Positions 26,701 through 38,117 of a DNA stretch of 64,000 bases are shown one piece after another; position 1 is the stretch's first letter; the number at the start of each line of letters is the position of its first letter. A program made the position numbers and the translations under genes. This DNA is from Squalus acanthias (lineage: Eukaryota). The notes beneath the pieces are model-generated. The model made no database searches. It was not told the origin of the DNA and saw only the letters and a program-made list of their open reading frames with translations. The stretch covers positions 130,760,001 through 130,824,000 of the forward strand of contig CM059431.1 in assembly GCA_030390025.1 (NCBI GenBank), given 5' to 3'.

Positions 26701-27212
26701 TGGGGATATTGGCTGAAAGGTATGATTCTGTGAGTATGACTATGTCAGGCTGTTGCTTGACTAGTCTGTGGGACAGCTCTCCCAATTTTGGCACAAGTCC
26801 CCAGATGTTGGTGAGGAGGACTTTGCAGGGTTGATTGGGCTGGGCGTGTCCGTAGCCGGTGCCGAGTGGTCCGTCCGGTTTCTTTCTTATTATTATTTTG
26901 TTTCATAGCAGTTTTTTACAACTGTGTGTTGCTAGGCCATTTCAGAGGGCAGTTAAGAGTCAACCACATTGCTGTGGGTCAGGAGTCACATATAGGCCAG
27001 ACTAGGTAAGGACGGCAGATTTCCTTCCCTAAAGGACATTAGGGAACCAGATGGGTTTTTACGACAATCCGATAGTTTTATGGTTACCATTACTGATAGC
27101 TTTTTATTCCAGATTTATTTAATTAACTGAATTTAAACTCGCCAGCTGCCATGGTGGGATTTGAACTCACGTCTCCGGATCATTAGTTCAGGCACATTAC
27201 CACTACGCTATC
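23792..27212 (-). mobile_element. LINE family B (APE-RT, CR1/L2-like group, exact clade unresolved), apparently full length
   Basis: [61 protein letters not shown]-terminal HHHLLKGN*; short A tail; frameshifts. Confidence 0.9.
26147..26326 (-). mobile_element. HE1-like V-SINE 3' fragment nested in LINE B
   Basis: Minus strand GGTTTCCTCCCACAGTCCAAAGATGTGCGGGTTAGGTTG (recalled HE1 body) plus CR1-type tail GGGCCGAAATGGCC...TTCTGTGATTCTGTG. Confidence 0.8.
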
Positions 27213-27270
27213 ATTCAGTGAAATTTGAACTACCATCAGTCATTATCACATTGCTGTTTGTGTGTCCTGG

Positions 27271-27598
27271 GGGCAGCCAATTTGCACACAATAAGGTCCC
27301 ACAAACAGCAATGTGATAATGACTAGATAGTCTGTTTTTGTTATGTTGGTTGAGGGATAAATATTTGCCAGGACACTGGGGATAACTCTCCTACTCCTCT
27401 TCGAAATAGTGCACCTGAGAGGGCAGACAGAGGCTCGGTTTAACGTCTCATCTGAAAGACGGCACCTCCGACAGTACAGCACTCCCTCAACACTGCACTG
27501 GAGTGTCAGCCTAGCTTTATGTGCTCAAGTCTCTGGAGTGGGACTATGAACCCACAACCTTCTGACTCAGAGGCGAGTGTGCTACCCACTGAGCCACA
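27271..27598 (-). mobile_element. Deu-domain SINE, 3'-truncated
   Basis: Homologous to 13395-13740, with an internal deletion. Confidence 0.9.
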
Positions 27599-28278
27599 GA
27601 GACACAGCAGAACTGACATTGTTTGGTAGCAAAAAGCATTCAAATGCCAATGGTTTGAGGTACACTTTCCCTTTCATCTATGAAAAGGAGCTTTGACAAA
27701 AAACTTCATTATTTAATTTGCCTTTTTAATAAAGTATTAACAATTTCAAAATGCATGTTGAGCCATAGATGAAGTAACTATTATTAATTGAAAACAGTCT
27801 AAGCCCTTTCATAATCTGTTCGTCGCTTCTGCTTTATGATACATGCTGTTGGCATTAAGTATGGTACAAAAAAAATTATACTTTCCATTATGGCAACCGA
27901 TATTAAGATGGACATTAGATAATGAACCTTGCTTTGGCAAAGGCAGGTATTTGTCCAGAGCACCAGGGACGAATGAACCAGTAAATAAAGGGATGAGTCA
28001 TTGACTTAGCATCTTCTATATAATTTAAAACAAAATGAACCATTGTAATACCAAAAAGTAATTTGTGAAATTCTGTCCCATTATCCCATGTTCATTAACT
28101 TAACCAAAGCATTTTGATTTAGCTGCTTCAAGCAGCAGCACGTTCCCCTCCCCCCCTGAGTGCAACACAGCAGTCAATAACACCACCTTGATAATACATT
28201 TTTTAATTCCTCAAACCATTACCCACTTGTGCTTTGTGGCTTCTGACTAACAAAGGACAAGAAAAATATAAATTAAGT

Positions 28279-28469
28279 GGGGCAGATTTTCCCTTTCATC
28301 TCCTGAACATTACAGCTTTACGGAATGAAAGCACTTTTCGCTATTTTGTGGGAAAGCTGCTCACGATACATGGACAGAAAACCCAAGCAGCTTGTTTCTG
28401 AATTTTGCAGTAAGCACTTCTGCCCCACCGATCTCTTAGGTCCAAATGCTGAAGAGAAAAATTCATCCC
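28279..28469. mobile_element. 191-bp MITE with a 3-bp TSD
   Basis: Imperfect ~22-bp TIRs GGGGCAGATTTTCCCTTTCATC / GCTGAAGAGAAAAATTCATCCC; AGT at both flanks. Confidence 0.55.
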
Positions 28470-29814
28470 AGTGCCTCAAATGCTATTAAATTAATTTTGA
28501 AATAAGATTCCACACTAGGCTTAAACCTCACTGTCAATATCAACACATTGAGAAGTGCTTTTGTACTGCCAATTTTAGTAAACATTGTACTGGTAGCTCT
28601 CCCGATAGCCTAGTGGGTAAAGTTACCACTTGGTGTTATACAATGCCAAATATATGGTTCCCTACTTTATTGTGGAGCTCTGGACCACCAGAGGTTTCTC
28701 AGGTGCTCCAATGCATCCATTGGCAACTGATGAGCCCAGTGCGGGAACCATAGTCCTTTTCGCACTGGTCGCACAATAGAATGACCTGGTTGGAGTCAGT
28801 CAGATGGTGCAGAGAGTACATAGTTTTGCAGATTTCTTCTTTTCTGCTCCACTCCTGTAGGTGTTTCTTTCTGAAGTGAGAAACACCAGCACATGTCATG
28901 CCATGCTCAGTTGTCATTCAGGATGTAACATGCCACGGTTATTTTTCAAACTGTTCTGCTACTACTTTTGCTTATCACAGGAATGCTTGCTGTTTTTCAG
29001 TTTGAATCCTACTGCTTGGCATATAAATGTGTGGCTGCTCCAACAAAGCTCTTGATATCTGCTTTATTGAGTTTTGAATTGCCATTTGATTTAGAGGGTC
29101 TCTGCCTGGCAGGAATGGGGCGATAACGCCTTACAAATTACAGCAAAACTCTTATAGCACTGTTCCCATCGGCATTTTCATACCATTGGTACCACACATT
29201 GAGCAGCCTAACCAGCGGTCCTTAAAGGGACTGCTGCAGCCCGATTAGAAAAAGATAAGTACAAGTTTTGTTGCAGATTTGTATAGGGCCAGGAGGTACA
29301 TGAGTAGTCCTCCTGGCCCCACAAAAATCTTCCACTCTGCTGTAGGCCCCTCCACCCACCCCCCCCCCCCCCCACACCCCACCTTCTGGATTGACTCTGT
29401 GGAGGGGCTGCGGAATTCCCGCTCCCTCAAACTGGCAAGCTTCCTGTGAGCCCTGGATCATCACTTGCAGCTCACCAGTAATAAACAAATGAAGACTCAA
29501 AATGGCTTGGGTCTCTCGGCAAGGACTTCAGATGGCCTGAGGTCCGTCCAAAGTTAAATTTGCCCCTTATAATATCAATCACATTCATTGAGTTTAGAAT
29601 TTGTTGCATTCTTTCCTATGGAGACTGCCTTGTATCCATGCTTTGCAGCTATACAAAAGACATGGGAGCACTACCACATTAGAGACCTTCAGCTTGGTCT
29701 TCAAGGTGATGCTTTGCTGATTCTATACATATTCATGTCATTGTCGATATGGTGAGCTAACCTTGCTGCATACTTGTACTTTGATGAATGAGCTCATCAG
29801 TAGAGAGCAAACAT

Positions 29815-30162
29815 GTTGCATATAGTCATGTAATCGTTAGTGGATTAACAACCCAAATGTGAATTTAAATCTTACCGTGACAAGTTTTGAAATTGAATTC
29901 AATAAATCTGGTAATTTGTGGGCTAGTGCCAAGTAAAAATTGCCATTAACATTGCCAGATTTTTGTAAAAATCTAATTGGTTCATTAATGTACTTAAGGG
30001 AAGGGAACCTGCCACCCCTATCTGGTCTGGTCTACATATGGCCCAGTCTCACCCAATGTGGTTGACTCTTATTGCCCTCTTAGCAAGCCACTGAGTTGTA
30101 GAAATTGTCATGAAGCAAGAAGAATACTGATCAGCACCTTACATACCAAGAACAAATAAAAA
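29815..30162 (+). mobile_element. Degraded SINE sharing the head of LINE B and probably its tail
   Basis: Aligns to the reverse complement of 26915-27210 (AATAAATCTGG, TGGTTC..TAATGT, AGGGAAGG, CAATGTGGTTGACTCTTA); ends ACATACCAAGAACAAATAAAAA. Confidence 0.75.
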
Positions 30163-30745
30163 TAACACATTCCAGGTAGGGGAATTGAGTCATGATGGTT
30201 AACTCTATGTAATCAATTAGAGTATGAAATTTTCATACTGCCATCTGGTACATGATCTCCATTTTCTTCATGCTGACAGTGAGACTGTAGCTCTTTGTGA
30301 CTATAGGTGATGTCTTCTAGGGTGAATGCCTCTGTTCTGCAACCATCTATAAACAACAGTAAGTGAATAAGAGCTTCTGTTACCTGGTGGATCTGCACAA
30401 CCTGTTTTGGTTCAACAACTTGCTGGATGTGCAGTTGCAGATGAAAATTCCTGCTGTAAGACCCTTTGTGGCGTTATCAGCCACAGCAGTGAAAAATAGA
30501 CTAAAAAGCTTGAAGCAAACATGCAACCCTGCTTTATACCTCTTGAAATCCCAAAAGTTTCAGACAGGATCCTATCTGTGTATACACTGCCTAGCATACC
30601 TTTGTGTAATTTTTGAATGACATTGAAGGGCATCCAGATTTTTGTACAAATTGTCATTGATAAAGACAGCTAAAAGTGACGAAGACCTTTGTTTAATCAA
30701 TGAGTACCATATACAGCTCCAAGTTCTGTGTCTCAACACTTCAAC

Positions 30746-31196
30746 GGCTCAGTGGGTAGTACTCTCAACTCTGAGTCAGAAGGTTGTCGATTAAGTCCCA
30801 CTCCAGAGATTTGAGCACAAAATCTAAGCTGACAGTTCAGTGCAGTGCTGATGGAGTATTGGACTGTCGGAGGTGCCGTCGTTCGGATGAGACATTAAGA
30901 CATCTGCCTCCTCAGCTGGACGTAAAAGATCCCATGGCACTATTTTGAAGAAGAGTAGGGGAGTTCTCCCCAGTGCTCTGGCCAATATTTATCCCTCAAT
31001 CAATATCACTAAATAAGATTATCTAGTCATTATCACATTGCTGTTTGTGGGACTTTACTGTGTGCAAATTGGCTGCCCCGATTCCTATATTACAATAGTG
31101 CGTACATTTCAAAAGTATCACATTGGCTGTAAAGTGCTTTGGGACGTCCTGAGGTTGTGAAAGGTGCTATATAAATGCAAGTTCTTTCTTTTCTCT
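30746..31196 (+). mobile_element. Deu-domain SINE
   Basis: GGCTCAGTGGGTAG head through GCTATATAAATGCAAG tail. Confidence 0.9.
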
Positions 31197-31494
31197 TGTG
31201 GCATAAATCATATTGGTTGTGCTGTGCTGGGAATCTACATTGCACATTGGGGTGGGAATTGTCTGCAATGCTCACTATTGGAAGGTTATGGGGCTTTTTA
31301 TGAGATCAGTAACTCTGAAATGCCTTGATAGTTGTCATATTCACATTTCTCACCTTTTGTGCCTGTATTTGGGGATGATAATCATACCTTTGAGATCCTC
31401 AATTCGCTTTCTCCAGATAGTCTGAAAGAGCAAGTGAAGGTGGCAGAGTAGAATGCTACAGTCAGTGTTGTACATTTCTGCTGGGATTCTAATC

Positions 31495-31600
31495 AGCCAA
31501 TGAGATACTTTTGAAATGTAGTCACTATTGTAATGTAGGAATTGGCACAGCCAATTTGCGCACAGTAAGGACCCACAAACAGCAATGTGATAATGACTGA
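31495..31600 (-). mobile_element. Deu-SINE internal fragment
   Basis: Matches ~13344-13445. Confidence 0.75.
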
Positions 31601-32004
31601 TGGTAGCTTAAATTTCACTGTTTTTCATCTGCATCATGGACGTTCCAACCTCATCAAGGGTGGGTGAACATGCCATGTTGGCAACTGTACGATGTAGTAT
31701 GTAGTTGAGGGCCTCATCCCTGATGCTTAATGTTCTCTTGAGTAACTTGTTAAAATGCTCACATCCTATTGCAGGATGTTGCCATCTCAACAGTTCCAAT
31801 GTACCTTGAGCTGTTTCCCATTTTCAAAGTGTTGGAAAAGTTCATGGGTTCCTTTGATCTGCAAATCCATAGATCTCATTTGTTTTCCTGTCCCAACATT
31901 CATTCTGAATGCATTGTAAGTTTGTATCCTCTGACGCAAATCATAGAAATGTGCTGTCTTGCCAATAGAATGCTCATCAACCAACCATTTGTTTAAGACT
32001 CTTA

Positions 32005-32901
32005 GGGGGAAGAATTCAGTTGGTTGCGCCTCCCGTTGGCGCCTTAAGAGGGCGCTAATGGGGCGCACAGCAACTAGCGCCCAGGTGCGATGATGTTTGC
32101 GCCGCTCGCGAAATTAACCAGACATTTTGCGGCGGCGCTAAACACTAACGCCACGATCTCCTGTGCCGGCAGATCGTGACGTCAGTCGAGTGCGCAACGC
32201 CCCGGTAACGCCCCGGAGTGGATATTGAGTGGCGCCCCCTGCCTTACCGCCTGCCGCTAGCAATGACAGGTTGAGGGGAGCGTTTTGCAGTCAGGAAGGG
32301 ACTGGGGGAGCGCTATTTAAAGGCGACCGCTTCCTGCCTTTTTTTGTTGGTGACATTTTTGAACCACGCATTCTGAGAGAGAGAGAGAGAGAGAGACTTC
32401 TGGAGAGATTCAACGCTGTGTGAAGGAGTTTTGGGTACTGAGCAGCACTTTGCAGGTTCATTTTGATTTGCCCTTCCTTGTATCTATTTAGAAGAGACTG
32501 TGGGGGCTGCACTCTGAGCTCTTTTCCTGGTCATCTCCATTGTTCTTTCCAGCAGATTTGATGTACAGGTCTCTCCAGGCCGAGATTCAAGGCTGCAATG
32601 AGCAAGATGTGGATGGAAAGCAAGAGCGACCCTCCCCTTTAAGAACTGGCCGGCGCCATTGTGTCTGTGTTCCATTGCTGACTGACATCACATGAGCTTC
32701 GCCAGCGCTCTGAGTTAGCGCCTCGCTCCTCAGCCTTTGCGCCTTAAGACAGATGTGTAGCGCCTGATTTAGCGCTCCAATCACCTCCAGGGGCGATAAA
32801 AGTCAAGTTTGCAGTCGGAGGCGATAATTAGCGCCAGGCGCTAATCTTTGCGCCCGGCCGATAATTGCGCCCCAAATGGGGTGATACTGAATTTCTCCCC
32901 C
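32005..32901. mobile_element. PIF/Harbinger MITE with TTA TSD
   Basis: TIRs GGGGGAAGAATTCAGT / ACTGAATTTCTCCCCC; TTA at 32002-32004 and 32902-32904. Confidence 0.9.
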
Positions 32902-33728
32902 TTAGTTTTTCAACAAAGATTGTTTTGATTTCAAGTACTGTACTTGAAACAAAAAAGCTTAGATGTAGTGGTGTAAATAGTATATTTAAACATCTTAAAT
33001 TCAGAGCAATTTCAAGCATTGCAGTCTGTTCTGATGTTTGAGTAATGTTGTTGCTCAACTGCACAGTGACATTGAGGTCTTTCAACCATTTGACGTCAAG
33101 ACACTTGATGAAATTTGAGGTGATCAAGCAATGGTGTTACTGAATGATGAACAATAACGTTGAGATGATTAGGGATTGATCTATCCAGCAGTTAGCAATG
33201 GGCATTGCCCTGTCGTTCCTGCTGTCAGGTGGTAATGTGATCCAGCAGACAACAGTGGTCAGAGCAGGGATGCATCCATGTTGTCTTGTACTGACCAGAC
33301 TGGTGAAAGATAGCATTATCAACTTGTGCTCCATGTTCTTGGAAATTAGCAAGTAACCAATGCTGTCAGCATTCCTGAAACTATTTGTTCCAAAGAAATC
33401 TGCCAGGTTGAAGCATCATTACCCACACAAGCATTTAGGTTGATTACCTCTGAGTTGATAATTAGCTTCTGTGTTGATCCAGGTTTCAGTTTCTTGCCTA
33501 TTTCTTCCCTCCCCTCCCCTCCCCTCCCCAACTACACCTTGCTGAGATACAATACCATGGTCTATGGTCATTCTGCAGTACATCACCCAAGTGTCACACA
33601 TACACATGTGCTGGATAGCAATAAAGAAATTCTCATTTTTCCTCTCTAATATAGTTACGATCAAGCCAATTATAATCTCCTTACTGCCACCCCAACTGAG
33701 ATCAACTATCACAACAGATTGGTTCAGT

Positions 33729-34157
33729 TTTGCCTCTGAGTCAGAAGGTTGTGGGTTCAAGTCCCACTCCAGGACTTGAGCACATAATCCAGGCTGACAC
33801 TACAGTGCAGTACTGAGGGAGTGCTGCACTGTTGGAGGTACTGCCTTTCAGATGAGACGTTAAACTGAGGCCCCTCTTGGCCTCTCAGGTGAACGTAAAA
33901 GATCCCATGGCACTGCTCGACGAAGAGCTGGGGAGTCCTCTTGGCATCCCGGCCAATATTTATCCTTCAACCAACACCACTAAAACAGTTTAATTGATCA
34001 TCTCATTGCTGTTTGTGGGACCTTGCTGTGTGCAAATTGGCTGCTGCGTTTCCCTACATTACAACAGTGCCCACATCTCAAAAGTAATTCATTAGATGTG
34101 AAGCACTTTGGGATGCCCTGAGGTCATGAAAGGCACTATAGAAATGCAATATAGTCT
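33729..34157 (+). mobile_element. Deu-domain SINE followed by a CT-rich simple repeat (to ~34262)
   Basis: B-box GGTTCAAGTCCC, Deu core and tail. Confidence 0.9.
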
Positions 34158-35634
34158 TGTTTTATCTCTCTCACTCTCTCTCGCTCCTTTTTCTCTTCTT
34201 TCTTTCTTCCTTTCTTTCTTTTCTTTCCTTTCCTTTCTCTTCCTTTTTTTTCTTTTCTTTTCATCCATACTGTGTGTATGTCGTAGCTGCTTACTGAATA
34301 ACCTTGCTGCTGAACCACTGGGGGAGCCCGCCAGAGTTCAGAGATAAATGAGATGTGTGAGCTGTCAAATTAGTCACAATTAGTAGCAAATTATGGTCCA
34401 TTTTTGTGCAGTTGGCTGTTGCCGTGACAACAGTTTTAATGAGACTGGCCAAATTTATGGCACTCTTGAGAATGTGGAACCTTTCAGCCCATCAATCTGT
34501 TGGTAGGGTGGTGGGTAACCTCTTGCAAGGTGATACTGGTTACTTTGTCCTTGGCTCAGAATAACACCCAGCTGCTTGAATACTGCCCTGTTCTGGAACT
34601 CCCAGGCTCCTGCACGAGGGACTATGAAGTTAGCATCCCACCTGTTGGTTTTCAGTTGCTTGGAGCACTATCTAACTTTAATTTATTTCTGTATACAATT
34701 AATCCAGACTTCATTGTGTGTCCCAGTAGGGAGGAATGTAATGTTTAACATTTAAGATAATAATTGGTCTTTGATAACAATAAAGTGAAAAACTTTAAAA
34801 CTGCATACATTATGACTAGGATCATGAAACACTCATTGTTAAGCAGAATTAGTTCCCTGGCAGCCTTTTTTTATGAAACAAGCTACAGGCTCTTAATTTT
34901 TATGGTTGTACAATCTAACAGTAATCACACCAACTAAAGGTTCATAGTAATAGTTTGTAAGAATCAATGGTTCACAGTAGGTATTTTGTTTCCTTGATTT
35001 ACAGGAATGGTTCAACTGTCCCCAGAGTAAAAAGTGGCGAAAATAGTGGGTCTTTATATAGCTGCCACTAAGTGTGTTGAGTGTGCCGGGGGTGGGGTTA
35101 ACACGGTACTTGGCTCTGTGTCAGATTCTGAATATATGTTTTACCTCCTTCTATGAGGGGGCAAAAGCCTGAAGCAGATTTATAAATTGTGCTATATTTT
35201 CAGTGCTATAAATAAGCCATCTTCTTTTTCTGAATTTGAGAAAAGTAATTACCTTTAATAGTTTAATTTAATGCTGAATCATGCTCAGAGCATTTATGGA
35301 CACAATGGCAATTTGTTTAGCAAAGTGAAAAGTTCACATAAATTAGAAGGAAGGTGTCTTTGAAACACAATAGTTGATTTATTTTTGCAGTGCACTGGGG
35401 CAACTTTGCCCAGTACATCTATTGTGCCTTTACAAAACATGGCTGAAAACTGCTCGAACTCATTAACTGGGGACTATTAATTTGCCATCAGCAAAATAGT
35501 AAAGTGACTTTCATTATTCATCCCTGAGGTGGATACAAACTTAGGTTTCCTACTACTCTACCTCCATCCAATAATTTGTCTTTTACTGTGGGGTAAATTT
35601 TCATCTTCAGCACTCCTACCACAGAGTTTCTTAC

Positions 35635-35902
35635 ACCAGGAGCTAGGCAATTTAGGAGTGAAATCAGGAACCACTTTTTCACATAAAGGGTAGTGGGAAT
35701 CTGGAACTCTTCTCCCAAAAGGTTGCGGATGCTGGGTCAATTGAAATTTTCAAAACAGTTCGATAGATTTTTGTTCAGTAAGAGTATCAGGGGACATGGC
35801 ACAACACTGGGTAAATGAAGTTGAGGTGCAGATCAACCATGATCTAGTTGAATGGTGGAACAGACTCTAGGGGCTGAATGGCCTCTTCCTCTTCCTGTGT
35901 TC
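35635..35902 (+). mobile_element. CR1 3' fragment
   Basis: Degenerate FRSEIR..FFT..VVGIWNSL; GGGCTGAATGGCC. Confidence 0.8.
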
Positions 35903-36280
35903 GTAAATTGAGAATTCAGGTGCACAGACCCCCCCATGAGTTTCCATCCATAAAATTAGCAGAAGATTTGGTTCTTTTTTGCCTTTTTATTCACGTAACT
36001 TCTAAAATAAAATATGTTTACCTGTTTTTTTTTTAAATTATGTGCTCATAGATACTTACTGACATGGGCTTTTGGCAGGAGGATTGAATCTGCCACGGCT
36101 TGAATCAGTAAAAATCCATTTACTTTAAAGTAACTGGTCTTTTCGAGGTGATGTCAGTTATAGCTATTCAATCACTAACATAGAGATAGAGTAGTTTGTT
36201 CTCAAAATAACATATCTGTTTTCAAATGCTACAGCAAAAGAAGAAGCATTGCTTTTGACTTTGCCTGGCTACTCTAAGCT

Positions 36281-36318
36281 TCACCTGAGGAAGGAGCGAT
36301 AGTTCCGAAAGCTTGTGA
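36281..36318 (+). ncRNA. Minimal type I hammerhead ribozyme motif (Penelope-type)
   Basis: UCAC-CUGAGGA-A-GGAGC(GAUA)GUUCC-GAAAG-CUU|GUGA: conserved core, stems I and II pair, palindromic AAGCUU in place of stem III. Confidence 0.75.
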
Positions 36319-36559
36319 TTTCAAATAAAACTGTTGGACTATAACCTGGTGTTGTGCGACCTCTCAATTTTACTCTAAGTGAGGCAGCTACCACCATGAA
36401 TTCTCACTTGCCTCCTTAGTAAGTGGGGGTCATTCTTAGCAGATTGTTCAGTGACAAACATGAGGAACTAATTACCTTGTCTACATAGCACTGAAAAAGC
36501 ACTAGGTCTGGCAAAATGAGATTTTTGAAAATGCATGTTATTTTTTAAATGCAGAAGAA

Positions 36560-36950
36560 AATTAGAACTGTGTGTAGGTTAGTTACTGGCCTTTGGAAGC
36601 TTTGTTCAAATCTAGCCCAGACTGATGGGATAAACCTCCTTTGTCTGTTTGCTGTAAGGGCACTATGTGAAAAGAGCTTAGGCCATCTCAATCCAGTTTC
36701 TGAAGGGCATGGTCTATTGAACAAAGGCGACCCTAACAATTAGCAGTCTCATATAGAGAGGCCACATATGGCTGGTGTGGAAAATGGAAAAAGGTCATAC
36801 TGTCTAGAAATAAAAAGTATTTTTTTAGAGGTTTGGAGCAGAATGAAAGGAACTCAATCTGCGTATAACTATGCTATACCTGATGTAGGATATCTGATGC
36901 TGGCATTGGTGCCTGAAACAGAATATATTCCAATCTCCAACATCTCTTAC
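36560..36950 (+). mobile_element. LF-SINE-like tRNA-derived SINE (diverged)
   Basis: Ordered blocks GTTCAAATCTAGCCCAG, CTATGTGAAAAGAG, TCTCAATCCAGTTTCT, TTAGCAGTCTCATATAGAGAGGCCA, ATGCTATACCTG match my recollection of the LF-SINE consensus. Confidence 0.55.
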
Positions 36951-37769
36951 CTTGATGAGTACAAGAAAATAAACAACAAAACCCTGCAACGTAGAAGTTT
37001 GCAAAAGAAATGATGTTTAGTGGAAAATTCCATTATTGCATTTATAGCCAATAGTCTATCTAGACCTAAATTATACAAAATAGCACTGTTAAATGGTTTA
37101 GCAGTAATGAAAGAACCACGGCCAGTTTGAGGTATTGAGGTCAGATAGCTATTGAAACACTAAGCTTAGAGTGCATAGTGATCTCTTTCACAACACACAT
37201 AAGATCCCAAAGGACTCACAAAACTATTGCTTTCTTTTTATTAATTGTTCTGTTATGCTTCAGTGATGTGTACTACTTGCCTAATACATAAAGTGTCTCA
37301 TTCAGCTTAGAATTTGTTGATGGTTAGTTCAAATTTATGAGTAAATGTGTCTTTGTGTTATTTTTAAGGCAGCACTCCAGTTCAAGAATGTTGTAATGTA
37401 AGTGAATGAGATGGTAATTAGACCTGCCCATGAAAAATTGCAGCTCAGACATGCTGCAATACAACTCAAGGGCATTGCACTAGCTCTTACACATGAAGCA
37501 GATCCTCAATGATACAATAGAAACCAACCACTCTTTGACAGTGTTTTTGTAACAGAATGCTGAGATCTATCTGATGGTATGACGAATATCGAATCAACCA
37601 TGTAGATTTTACACTCAGTTGCACCGGCTGTGCAGAATGGACGCACGAGAGTCGGAAAATTGGGAGAGCAGGCCCTCAGCATGCTTTGTATCTAGTTTCT
37701 ATTGCAGAGCTTTGCCATCTGCTATAAGGACCACTGTAGTTAATCTAAGTTATGTAAAGACAGAACTAG

Positions 37770-37894
37770 GTTAGATGTTCAGAGAATAGTTGACCTGTGG
37801 AATAGTCTGCTGGCTCGTGCAATGAATGCTTATTCACTGAGTTCCTTCAAGTGCGAGCTGGGCCTGTTTCTGGCTGGGATGGAGATCACCTGAT
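37770..37894 (+). mobile_element. Older CR1-group 3' fragment, probably continuing at 45343-45520
   Basis: QRIVDLWNSL..SLSSFKCELGLFL C-terminal ORF2 motif; appears split by the large minus-strand CR1. Confidence 0.55.
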
Positions 37895-38117
37895 AGGAAC
37901 ATAGGAAATGGAATAGGCCATTCAGCCCCTCGAGCCTGTTCTGCCATTCGAAGAGATCATGGCTGATCTGTGATCTAACTCCATATACCTGCCTTTGGCT
38001 CTCTTAATACCTTTGGTTAACAAAAAGCTATCAATCTCCAAATTAAATTTAACAATTGATCAAGCATCAATTGCTGTTTGCGGAAGAGAGTTCCAAACTT
38101 CTACCACCCTTTGTGTG

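Larger units (their letters stand above)
28690..33430 (-). mobile_element. Old RTE-clade LINE with nested SINEs and MITEs
   Basis: C-terminal CDQCEKDYGSRTGLISC; TKLKVSNVVVLPCLLYSC (~29640-29700); RGIKQGC and LLFIDGC RT motifs; PTLDEV. Boundaries approximate. Confidence 0.75.

Noticed and set aside
29080..29570. Possible MITE inside the RTE (also 20645-21140 and 45540-45735)
   Set aside because: At most one TIR-like end is visible and no TSD, so not supportable as features.
34455..34645. Possible minus-strand coding exon (WDANFIVPRAGAWEF...)
   Set aside because: Weak acceptor, no convincing donor and no recognisable protein.
36054..36180. Possible minus-strand exon ending at a GTAAGT donor
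   Set aside because: All frames from the plausible acceptors contain stops; no recognisable peptide.
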